In this document: positions 47,401-59,400 of the stretch, piece by piece
Position numbering within the stretch: the first letter of the stretch is position 1
Layout of the letters: each line of letters opens with the position of its first letter
NCBI GenBank assembly: GCA_964016885.1
Contig: OZ024742.1
Coordinates: forward strand, 332,258,001 to 332,322,000
Length of the DNA: 64,000 bases
Direction of reading: 5' to 3'
Source of the DNA: Eledone cirrhosa
Taxonomy: Eukaryota
The notes under the pieces: model-generated
Seen by the model: only the letters and a program-made list of their open reading frames with translations
What the model was told of the DNA's origin: nothing
Databases searched by the model: none
Position numbers and translations under genes: made by a program

Positions 47401-50400
47401 TTACTGTTGCTGGTGGTGTTGTTGTTACTGTTGCTGGTGGTGTTGTTACTGTTGCTGGTGGTGTTGTTGTTACTGTTGCTGGTGGTGTTGTTACTGTGCT
47501 GGTGGTGTTGTTGTTACTGTTACTGGTGTTGTTGTTGTTACTATTGGTGGTGGTGTTGTTACTGTTGCTGGTGGTGTTGTTGTTACTGTTGCTGGTGGTG
47601 TTGTTATTGTTGCTGGTGGTGTTGTTGTTACTGTTGCTGGTGTTGTTGTTATTGTTGCTGGTGGTGTTGTTGTTACTGTTGGTGGTGGTGTAGTTGTTAC
47701 TGTTGCTGGTGGTGTTGTTACTGTTGGTGGTGGTGGTGTTGTTACTGTTGCTGGTGGTGTTGTTGTTACTGTTGCTGGTGGTGTTGTTGTTATTGTTGCT
47801 GGTGGTGCTGTTGTTACTGTTGCTGGTGGTGTTGTTATTGTTGCTGGTGGTGGTGTTGTTACTGTTGCTGGTGGTGTTGTTGTTACTGTTGGTGGTGTTG
47901 TTGTTGTTACTGTTGCTGGTGGTGTTGTTGTTACTGTTGCTGGTGGTGTTGTTATTGTTGCTGGTGGTTTTGTTGTTACTGTTGCTGGTGGTGTTGTTGT
48001 TACTGTTGCTGGTGGTGTTGTTGTTACTGTTGCTGGTGGTGTAGTTGTTACTGTTGCTGGTGTTGTTGTTGTTACTGTTGCTGGTGGTGTTGTTGTTGCT
48101 GTTGCTGGTGGTGTTGTTATTGTTGCTGGTGGTGTTGTTGTTACTGTTGCTGGTGGTGTTGTTGTTACTGTTGCTGGTGTTGTTGTTGTTACTGTTGCTG
48201 GTGGTGTTGTTGTTGCTGTTGCTGGTGGTGTTGTTATTGTTGCTGGTGGTGTTGTTGTTACTGTTGCTGGTGGTGTTGTTGTTACTGTTGCTGGTGGTGT
48301 AGTTGTTACTGTTGCTGGTGTTGTTGTTGTTACTGTTGCTGGTGGTGTTGTTGTTGCTGTTGCTGGTGGTGTTGTTATTGTTGCTGGTGGTGTTGTTGTT
48401 ACTGTTGCTGGTGGTGTTGTTGTTACTGTTGCTGGAGGTGTTGTTGTTACTGTTGCTGGTGGTGGTGTTGTTATTGTTGCTGGTGGTGGTGTTGTTACTG
48501 TTGCTGGAGGTGTTGTTGTTACTGTTGCTGGTGGTGGTGTTGTTATTGTTGCTGGTGGTGGTGTTGTTACTGTTGCTGGTGGTGTTGTTGTTACTGTTGC
48601 TGGTGGTGGTGTTGTTACTGTTGCTGGTGGTGGTGTTGTTACTGTTGCTGGTGGTGTTGTTGTTACTGTTGCTGGTGGTGTTGTTGTTATTGTTGCTGGT
48701 GGTGGTGTTGTTACTGTTGCTGGTGTTGTTGTTGTTACTATTGCTGGTGGTGTTGTTGTTACTGTTGCTGGTGGTGTTGTTGCTGTTGCTGGTGTTGTTG
48801 TTATTGTTGCTGGTGGTGGTGTTGTTACTGTTGCTGGTGGTGTTGTTGTTACTGTTGCTGGAGGTGTTGTTGTTATTGTTGCTGGTGGTGGTGTTGTTAC
48901 TGTTGCTGGTGGTGGTGTTGTTACTGTTGCTGGTGGTGTTGTTGTTACTGTTGCTGGTGGTGTTGTTGTTATTGTTGCTGGTGGTGGTGTTGTTACTGTT
49001 GCTGGTGGTGTTGTTGTTACTGTTGCTGGTGGTGGTGTTGTTACTGTTGGTGGTGGCGTTGTTGCTGTTGCTGGTGGTGTTGTTGTTACTGTTGCTGGTG
49101 GTGGTGTTGTTACTGTTGGTGGTGGCGTTGTTGCTGTTGCTGGTGGTGTTGTTGTTACTGTTGCTGGTGGTGGTGTTGTTACTGTTGCTGGTGGTGTTTT
49201 TGTTACTGTTGCTGGTGGTGTTGTTGTTACTGTTGCTGGTGGTGTTGTTGTTATTGTTGCTGGTGGTGGTGTTGTTACTGTTGCTGGTGGTGTTTTTGTT
49301 ACTGATGCTGCTGGTGTTGTTGTTACTGTTGCTGGTGGTGTTGTTGTTATTGTTGCTGGTGGTGTTGTTGTTACTGTTGCTGGTGGTGTTGTTATTGTTG
49401 CTGGTGGTGGTGTTGTTACTGTTGCTGGTGGTGTTGTTGTTACTGTTGGTGGTGTTGTTGTTGTTACTGTTGCTGGTGGTGTTGTTGTTACTGTTGCTGG
49501 TGGTGTTGTTACTGTTGCTGGTGGTGTTGTTACTGTTGCTGGTGGTGTTGTTGTTACTGTTGCTGGTGGTGTTGTTGTTACTGTTGCTGGTGGTGTTGTT
49601 GTTACTGTTGCTGGTGGTGTTGTTACTGTTGCTGGTGGTGTTGTTGTTATTGTTGCTGGTGGTGTTGTTGTTACTGTTGCTGGTGGTGTTGTTATTGTTG
49701 CTGGTGGTGGTGTTGTTACTGTTGCTGGTGGTGTTGTTGTTACTGTTGGTGGTGTTGTTGTTGTTACTGTTGCTGGTGGTGTTGTTGTTACTGTTGCTGG
49801 TGGTGTTGTTATTGTTGCTGGTGGTGTTGTTATTGTTGCTGGTGGTGTTGTTGTTACTGTTGCTGGTGGTGTTGTTGTTACTGTTGCTGGTGGTGTTGTT
49901 ATTGTTGCTGGTGGTGTTGTTGTTACTGTTGCTAGTGTTGTTGTTATTGTTGCTGCTGGTGGTGGTGTTACTGTTGCTGGTGTTGTTGTTATTGTTGATG
50001 GTGGTGTTGTTGTTACTGTTGCTGGTGGTGTTGTTGTTACTGTTGCTGGTGGTGTTGTTACTGTTGTTGGTGGTGTTGTTGTTACTGTTGTTGGTGTTGG
50101 TGTTGTTACTGTTGTTGGTGGTGGCGTTGTTACTGTTGTGGTGGTGTTATTGTTACTGTTGCTGGTGGTGTTGTTGTTGTTGATAGTGGTGTTGTTGTTA
50201 CTGTTGCTGGTGGTGTTGTTGTTACTGTTGCTGGTGGTGTTGTTGTTACTGTTGCTGGTGGTGTTGTTGTTACTGTTGCTGGTGGTGTTGTTACTGTTGT
50301 TGGTGGTGTTGTTGTTACTGTTGTTGGTGTTGGTGTTGTTACTGTTGTTGGTGGTGGCGTTGTTACTGTTGTGGTGGTGTTATTGTTACTGTTGCTGGTG

Positions 50401-53400
50401 GTGTTGTTGTTACTGTTGGTGGTGGTGTTGTTATTGTTGCTGGTGGTGTTGTTGTTACTGTTGCTGGTGTTGTTGTTATTGTTGCTGGTGGTGGTGTTGT
50501 TACTGTTGCTGGTGGTGTTGTTGTTACTGTTGCTGGAGGTGTTGTTGTTACTGTTGGTGGTGGTGATGTTGTTACTGTTGCTGGTGGTGGTGTTGTTACT
50601 GTTACTGGTGGTGTTGTTGTTACTGTTGCTGGTGGTGTTGTTGTTACTGTTGGTGGTGGTGATGTTGTTACTGTTGCTGGTGGTGGTGTTGTTACTGTTA
50701 CTGGTGGTGTTGTTGTTACTGTTGCTGGTGGTGTTGTTGTTACTGTTGGTGGTGGTGATGTTGTTACTGTTGCTGGTGGTGTTGTTGTTACTGTTGCTGG
50801 TGGTGTTGTTGTTACTGTTGCTGGTGTTGTTGTTATTGTTGCTGGTGGTGTTGTTGTTACTGTTGGTGGTGGTGTAGTTGTTACTGTTGCTGGTGGTGTT
50901 GTTACTGTTGCTGGTGGTGGTGTTGTTACTGTTGCTGGTGGTGTTGTTGTTACTGTTGCTGGTGGTGTTGTTGTTATTGTTGCTGGTGGTGTTGTTGTTA
51001 CTGTTGCTGGTGGTGTTGTTATTGTTGCTGGTGGTGGTGTTGTTACTGTTGCTGGTGGTGTTGTTGTTACTGTTGGTGGTGGTGTTGTTACTGTTGCTGG
51101 TGGTGTTATTGTTACTGTTGCTGGTGGTGTTGTTGTTACTGTTGCTGGTGGTGTTGTTATTGTTGCTGGTGGTGTTGTTATTGTTGCTGGTGGTGTTGTT
51201 GTTGCTGTTGCTGGTGGTGTTGTTATTGTTGCTGGTGGTGTTGTTGTTACTGTTGCTGGTGTTGTTGTTATTGTTGCTGGTGGTGGTGTTGTTACTGTTG
51301 CTGGTGGTGTTGTTGTTACTGTTGCTGGAGGTGTTGTTGTTATTGTTGCTGGTGGTGGTGTTGTTACTGTTGCTGGTGGTGGTGTTGTTACTGTTGCTGG
51401 TGGTGGTGTTGTTACTGTTGCTGGTGGTGTTGTTGCTGTTGCTGGTGGTGTTGTTGTTACTGTTGCTGGTGGTGCTGTTGTTACTGTTGCTGGTGGTGTT
51501 GTTGCTGTTGCTGGTGGTGTTGTTGTTACTGTTGCTGGTGGTGTTGTTGTTACTGTTGCTGGTGGTGTTGTTGTTATTTTTGCTGGTGGTGGTGTTGTTA
51601 CTGTTGCTGGTGGTGTTGTTGTTACTGTTGCTGGTGGTGTTGTTGCTGTTGCTGGTGGCGTTGTTGTTACTGTTGCTGGTGGTGCTGTTGTTACTGTTGC
51701 TGGTGGTGTTGTTGTTACTGTTGCTGGAGGTGTTGTTGTTATTGTTGCTGGTGGTGGTGTTGTTATTGTTGCTGGTGGTGGTGTTGTTACTGTTGCTGGT
51801 GGTGTTTTTGTTACTGTTGCTGGTGGTGTTGTTGTTACTGTTGCTGGTGGTGTTGTTGTTATTGTTGCTGGTGGTGGTGTTGTTACTGTTGCTGGTGGTG
51901 TTTTTGTTACTGATGCTGCTGGTGTTGTTGTTACTGTTGCTGGTGGTGTTGTTGTTACTGTTGCTGGTGGTGTTGTTGTTATTGTTGCTGGTGGTGTTGT
52001 TGTTACTGTTGCTGGTGGTGTTGTTATTGTTGCTGGTGGTGGTGTTGTTACTGTTGCTGGTGGTGTAGTTGTTACTGTTGCTGGTGGTGTTGTTGTTACT
52101 GTTGGTGGTGTTGTTGTTGTTACTGTTGCTGGTGGTGTTGTTGTTACTGTTGCTGGTGGTGTTGTTATTGTTGCTGGTGGTGTTGTTATTGTTGCTGGTG
52201 GTGTTGTTGTTACTGTTGCTGGTGGTGTTTTTGTTACTGTTGCTGGTGGTGTTGTTATTGTTGCTGGTGGTGTTGTTGTTACTGTTGCTAGTGTTGTTGT
52301 TATTGTTGCTGCTGGTGGTGGTGTTACTGTTGCTGGTGTTGTTGTTATTGTTGATGGTGGTGTTGTTGTTACTGTTGCTGGTGGTGTTGTTGTTACTGTT
52401 GCTGGTTGTGTTGTTGTTACTGTTGCTGGTGGTGTTGTTGTTACTGTTGCTGGTGGTGTTGTTATTGTTGATAGTGGTGTTGTTGTTACTGTTGCTGGTG
52501 GTGTTGTTGTTACTGTTGCTGGTGGTGTTGTTGTTACTGTTGCTGGGGGTGTTGTTGTTACTGTTGCTGGTGGTGTTGTTACTGTTGTTGGTGGTGGTGT
52601 TGTTACTGTTGTTGGTGGTGGTGTTGTTACTGTTGTGGTGGTGTTACTGTTACTGTTGCTGGTGGTGTTGTTGTTACTGTTGGTGGTGGTGTTGTTATTG
52701 TTGCTGGTGGTGTTGTTGTTACTGTTGCTGGTGTTGTTGTTATTGTTGCTGGTGGTGGTGTTGTTACTGTTGCTGGTGGTGTTGTTGTTACTGTTGCTGG
52801 TGGTGGTGTTGTTACTGTTGCTGGTGGTGTTGTTGTTACTGTTGCTGGTGGTGTTGTTGTTACTGTTGCTGGTGGTGTTGTTGTTATTGTTGCTGGTGGT
52901 GGTGTTGTTACTGTTGCTGGTGGTGTTGTTGTTACTGTTACTGGTGGTGTTGTTACTGTTGCTGGTGGTGTTGTTGTTACTGTTGCTGGTGGTGTTGTTG
53001 TTACTGTTGGTGGTGTTGTTGTTGTTACTGTTGCTGGTGGTGTTGTTGTTACTGTTGCTGGTGGTGTTGTTATTGTTGCTGGTGGTGTTGTTGTTATTTT
53101 TGCTGGTGGTGTTGTTGTTACTGTTGCTGGTGGTTTTGTTGCTGTTGCTGGTGGTGTTGTTGTTACTGTTGCTGGTGGTGCTGTTGTTACTGTTGCTGGT
53201 GGTGTTGTTGTTACTGTTGCTGGAGGTGTTGTTGTTATTGTTGCTGGTGGTGTTGTTGTTATTGTTGCTGGTGGTGTTGTTATTGTTGCTGGTGGTGGTG
53301 TTGTTACTGTTGCTGGTGGTGTTTTTGTTACTGTTGCTGGTGGTGTTGTTGTTACTGTTGCTGGTGGTGTTGTTGTTACTGTTGCTGGTGGTGTTGTTGT

Positions 53401-56400
53401 TATTGTTGCTGGTGGTGGTGTTGTTACTGTTGCTGGTGGTGTTTTTGTTACTGATGCTGCTGGTGTTGTTGTTACTGTTGCTGGTGGTGTTGTTGTTACT
53501 GTTGCTGGTGGTGTTGTTGTTATTGTTGCTGGTGGTGTTGTTGTTACTGTTGCTGGTGGTGTTGTTATTGTTGCTGGTGGTGGTGTTGTTACTGTTGCTG
53601 GTGGTGTTGTTGTTACTGTTGGTGGTGTTGTTGTTGTTACTGTTGCTGGTGGTGTTGTTGTTACTGTTGCTGGTGGTGTTGTTATTGTTGCTGGTGGTGT
53701 TGTTATTGTTGCTGGTGGTGTTGTTGTTACTGTTGCTGGTGGTGTTGTTGTTAATGTTGCTGGTGGTGTTGTTATTGTTGCTGGTGGTGTTGTTGTTACT
53801 GTTGCTGGTGTTGTTGTTATTGTTGCTGGTGGTGGTGGTGTTACTGTTGCTGGTGTTGTTGTTATTGTTGATGGTGGTGTTGTTGTTACTGTTGCTGGTT
53901 GTGTTGTTGTTACTGTTGCTGGTGGTGTTGTTGTTACTGTTGCTGGTGGTGTTGTTGTTACTGTTGCTGGTGGTGTTGTTGTTACTGTTGCTGGTGGTGT
54001 TGTTGTTACTGTTGCTGGTGGTGTTGTTGTTACTGTTGCTGGTGGTGTTGTTGTTACTGTTGCTGGTGGTGTTGTTGTTACTGTTGCTGGTGGTGTTGTT
54101 GTTACTGTTGCTGGTGGTGTTGTTACTGTTGTTGGTGGTGTTGTTGTTACTGTTGTTGGTGTTGGTGTTGTTACTGTTGTTGGTGGTGGTGTTGTTACTG
54201 TTGTGGTGGTGTTATTGTTACTGTTGCTGGTGGTGTTGTTGTTACTGTTGGTGGTGGTGTTGTTGTTATTGTTGCTGGTGGTGTTGTTGTTATTGTTGCT
54301 GTTGGTGGTGTTGTTACTGTAACTGGTGTTGTTGTTGTTACTGTTGCTGGTGGTGTTGTTGTTATTGTTGCTGTTGGTGGTGTTGTTACTGTTACTGGTG
54401 TTGTTGTTGTTACTGTTGCTGGTGGTGTTGTTGTTACTGTTACTGGTGGTGTTGTTGTTACTGTTGCTGGTGGTGTTGTTGTTACTGTTGCTGGTGGTGT
54501 TGTTGTTATTGTTGCTGGTGGTGTTGTTGTTACTGTTGCTGGTGGTGTTGTTGTTACTGTTGCTGTTGGTGGTGTTGTTACTGTTGCTGGTGCTGTTATT
54601 GTTATTGTTGCTGGTGGTGTAGTTGTTACTGTTGCTGGTGGTGTTGTTGTTACTGTTGCTGGTGGTGTTGTTGTTACTGTTGCTGGTGGTGTTTTTGTTA
54701 CTGTTGTTGGTGGTGTTATTGTTATTGTTGCTGGTGGCGTTGTTGTTACTGATGGTGGTGGTGTTCTTGTTACTGTTGCTGGTGGTGTTGTTGTTACTGT
54801 TGCTGGTGGTGTTGTTGTTACTGTTGCTGGTGGTGTAGTTGTTACTGTTGTGGTGGTGGTGTTGTTACTGTTGGTGGTGGTGTAGTTGTTACTGTTGTGG
54901 TGGTGTTGTTACTGTTGCTGGTGCTGTTGTTGTTACTGTTGCTGGTGGTGTTTTTGTTACTGTTGTTGGTGGTGTTATTGTTATTGTTGCTGGATGACGT
55001 TGTTGTTACTGTTGGTGGTGGTGTTGTTGTTACTGTTGCTGGTGGTGTTGTTGTTATTGTTGCTGGTGCTGTTGTTGTTACTGTTGCTGGTGGTGTAGTT
55101 GTTACTGTTGCTGGTGGTGTTGTTGTTACTGTTGCTGGAGGTGTTGTTGTTACTGTTACTGGTGGTGTTGTTGTTATTGTTGGTGGTGGTGTTGTTACTG
55201 TTGCTGGTGGTGTTGTTGTTACTGTTGCTGGTCCTGTTGTTGTTACTGTTGCTGGTGGTGTTGTTGTTACTGTTGCTGGTGGTGTTGTTGTTACTGTTGC
55301 TGGTGGTGTTGTTGTTACTGTTGCTGGTGGTGTTGTTGTTACTGTTACTGGTGGTGTTGTTACTGTTGCTGGTGGTGTTGTTGTTATTGTTGCTGGTGGT
55401 GTTGTTGTTACTGTTGCTGGAGGTGGTGTTGTTACTGTTGCTGGTGGTGGTGTTGTTACTGTTGCTGGTGGTGGTGTTGTTATTGTTGGTGGTGTTGTTG
55501 TTACTGTTGCTGGTGGTGTTGTTGTTACTGTTGCTGGAGGTGGTGTTGTTATTGTTGGTGGTGGTGTTGTTACTGTTGCTGGTGGTGTTGTTGTTACTGT
55601 TGCTGGAGGTGGTGTTGTTATTGTTGGTGGTGGTGTTGTTACTGTTGCTGGTGGTGTTGTTGTTACTGTTGCTGGAGGTGGTGTTGTTACTGTTGCTGGT
55701 GGTGGTGTTGTTATTGTTGATGGTGGTGTTGTTACTGTTGCTTTTGGTGTTGTTGTTATTGTTGCTGGTGGTGTTTTTGTTATTGTTGCTGGTGGTGTTG
55801 TTGTTACTGTTGCTGGTGGTGTTGTTGTTACTGTTGCTGGTGGTGTTGTTGTTATTGTTGCTGGTGGTGTTGTTGTTATTGTTGCTGGTGGTGTTGTTGT
55901 TACTGTTGCTGGTGGTGTAGTTGTTACTGTTGCTGGTGGTGTAGTTGTTACTGTTGCTGGTGGTGTTGTTGTTACTGTTGCTGGTGGTGTTGTTGTTACT
56001 GTTGCTGGTGGTGTTGTTGTTACTGTTGCTGGTGGTGGTGTTGTTACTGTTGCTGGTGGTGTTGTTGTTACTGTTGCTGGTGGTGTTGTTACTGTTGCTG
56101 GTGGTGTTGTTGTTACTGTTGGTGGTGGTGTTGTTGTTACTGTTGCTGGTGGTGTTGTTGTTACTGTTGCTGGTGGTGTTGTTGTTATTGTTGCTGGTGG
56201 TGTTGTTGTTATTGTTGCTGGTGGTGTTGTTGTTATTGTTGCTGGTGGTGTTGTTGTTACTGTTGCTTGGTGGTGGTGTTGTTACTGTTGCTGGTGGTGT
56301 TGTTACTGTTGATGGTGGTGTTGTTGTTACTGTTGGTCGTGGTGTTGTTGTTACTGTTGGTGGTGGTGTTGTTGTTACTGTTGCTGGTGGTGTTGTTGTT

Positions 56401-59400
56401 ACTGTTGCTGGTGGTGTTGTTATTACTGTTGCTGGTGGTGTTGTTACTGTTGCTGGTGGTGTTGTTGTTACTGTTGCTGGTGGTGTTGTTACTCTTGCTG
56501 GTGGTGTTGTTGTTACTGTTGCTGGTTGTGTTGTTACTGTTGCTGGTGGTGTTGTTGTTACCGTTGCTGGTGGTGTTGTTGTTATTGTTGCTGGTGTTGT
56601 TGTTCTTACTGTTGCTGGTGGTGTTGTTGTTACTGTTGCTGGTGGTGTTGTTGTTACTGTTGCTGTTGGTGGTGTTGTTACTGTTGCTGGTGCTGTTATT
56701 GTTATTGTTGCTGGTGGTGTAGTTGTTACTGTTGCTGGTGGTGTTGTTGTTACTGTTGCTGGTGGTGTTGTTGTTACTGTTGCTGGTGGTGTTTTTGTTA
56801 CTGTTGTTGGTGGTGTTATTGTTATTGTTGCTGGTGGCGTTGTTGTTACTGATGGTGGTGGTGTTCTTGTTACTGTTGCTGGTGGTGTTGTTGTTACTGT
56901 TGCTGGTGGTGTTGTTGTTACTGTTGCTGGTGGTGTAGTTGTTACTGTTGTGGTGGTGGTGTTGTTACTGTTGGTGGTGGTGTAGTTGTTACTGTTGTGG
57001 TGGTGTTGTTACTGTTGCTGGTGCTGTTGTTGTTACTGTTGCTGGTGGTGTTTTTGTTACTGTTGTTGGTGGTGTTATTGTTATTGTTGCTGGATGACGT
57101 TGTTGTTACTGTTGGTGGTGGTGTTGTTGTTACTGTTGCTGGTGGTGTTGTTGTTATTGTTGCTGGTGCTGTTGTTGTTACTGTTGCTGGTGGTGTAGTT
57201 GTTACTGTTGCTGGTGGTGTTGTTGTTACTGTTGCTGGAGGTGTTGTTGTTACTGTTACTGGTGGTGTTGTTGTTATTGTTGGTGGTGGTGTTGTTACTG
57301 TTGCTGGTGGTGTTGTTGTTACTGTTGCTGGTCCTGTTGTTGTTACTGTTGCTGGTGGTGTTGTTGTTACTGTTGCTGGTGGTGTTGTTGTTACTGTTGC
57401 TGGTGGTGTTGTTGTTACTGTTGCTGGTGGTGTTGTTGTTACTGTTACTGGTGGTGTTGTTACTGTTGCTGGTGGTGTTGTTGTTATTGTTGCTGGTGGT
57501 GTTGTTGTTACTGTTGCTGGAGGTGGTGTTGTTACTGTTGCTGGTGGTGGTGTTGTTACTGTTGCTGGTGGTGGTGTTGTTATTGTTGGTGGTGTTGTTG
57601 TTACTGTTGCTGGTGGTGTTGTTGTTACTGTTGCTGGAGGTGGTGTTGTTATTGTTGGTGGTGGTGTTGTTACTGTTGCTGGTGGTGTTGTTGTTACTGT
57701 TGCTGGAGGTGGTGTTGTTACTGTTGCTGGTGGTGGTGTTGTTATTGTTGGTGGTGGTGTTGTTACTGTTGCTTTTGGTGTTGTTGTTATTGTTGCTGGT
57801 GGTGTTTTTGTTATTGTTGCTGGTGGTGTTGTTGTTAACGTTGCTGGTGGTGTTGTTGTTACTGTTGCTGGTGGTGTTGTTGTTATTGTTGCTGGTGGTG
57901 TTGTTGTTATTGTTGCTGGTGGTGTTGTTGTTACTGTTGCTGGTGGTGTAGTTGTTACTGTTGCTGGTGGTGTAGTTGTTACTGTTGCTGGTGGTGTTGT
58001 TGTTACTGTTGCTGGTGGTGTTGTTGTTACTGTTGCTGGTGGTGTTGTTGTTACTGTTGCTGGTGGTGGTGTTGTTACTGTTGCTGGTGGTGTTGTTGTT
58101 ACTGTTGCTGGTGGTGTTGTTACTGTTGCTGGTGGTGTTGTTGTTACTGTTGGTGGTGGTGTTGTTGTTACTGTTGCTGGTGGTGTTGTTGTTACTGTTG
58201 CTGGTGGTGTTGTTGTTATTGTTGCTGGTGGTGTTGTTGTTATTGTTGCTGGTGGTGTTGTTGTTATTGTTGCTGGTGGTGTTGTTGTTACTGTTGCTTG
58301 GTGGTGGTGTTGTTACTGTTGCTGGTGGTGTTGTTACTGTTGCTGGTGGTGTTGTTGTTACTGTTGGTCGTGGTGTTGTTGTTACTGTTGGTGGTGGTGT
58401 TGTTGTTACTGTTGCTGGTGGTGTTGTTGTTACTGTTGCTGGTGGTGTTGTTATTACTGTTGCTGGTGGTGTTGTTACTGTTGCTGGTGGTGTTGTTGTT
58501 ACTGTTGCTGGTGGTGTTGTTACTCTTGCTGGTGGTGTTGTTGTTACTGTTGCTGGTTGTGTTGTTACTGTTGCTGGTGGTGTTGTTGTTACCGTTGCTG
58601 GTGGTGTTGTTGTTATTGTTGCTGGTGTTGTTGTTCTTACTGTTGCTGGTGGTGTTGTTGTTACTGTTGCTGGTGGTGTTGTTATTACTGTTGCTGGTGG
58701 TGTTGTTACTGTTGCTGGTGGTGTTGTTGTTACTGTTGCTGGTGGTGTTGTTGTTACTGTTGCTGGTGGTGTAGTTGTTACTGTTACTGGTGGTGTTGTT
58801 GTTACTGTTGCTGGTGGTGTTGTTGTTACTGTTGCTGGTGTTGTTGTTACTGTTGCTGGTGGTGTAGTTGTTACTGTTACTGGTGGTGTTGTTGTTACTG
58901 TTGCTGGTGGTGTTGTTGTTACTGTTGCTGGTGGTGTTGTTGTTATTGTTGCTGGTGGTGTTGTTGTTACTGTTGCTGGTGGTGTTGTTGTTACTGTTGC
59001 TGGTGGTGTTGTTGTTATTGTTGCTGGTGGTGTTGTTGTTACTGTTGCTGGTGGTGTTGTTATTGTTGCTGGTGGTGGTGTTGTTACTGTTGCTGGTGGT
59101 GTTGTTGTTACTGTTGGTGGTGTTGTTGTTGTTACTGTTGCTGGTGGTGTTGTTGTTACTGTTGCTGGTGGTGTTGTTATTGTTGCTGGTGGTGTTGTTA
59201 TTGTTGCTGGTGGTGTTGTTGTTACTGTTGCTGGTGGTGTTGTTGTTGTTGCTGGTGGTGTTGTTGTTACTGTTGCTGGTGTTGTTGTTATTGTTGCTGG
59301 TGGTGGTGGTGTTACTGTTGCTGGTGTTGTTGTTATTGTTGATGGTGGTGTTGTTGTTACTGTTGCTGGTGGTGTTGTTGTTACTGTTGCTGGTTGTGTT

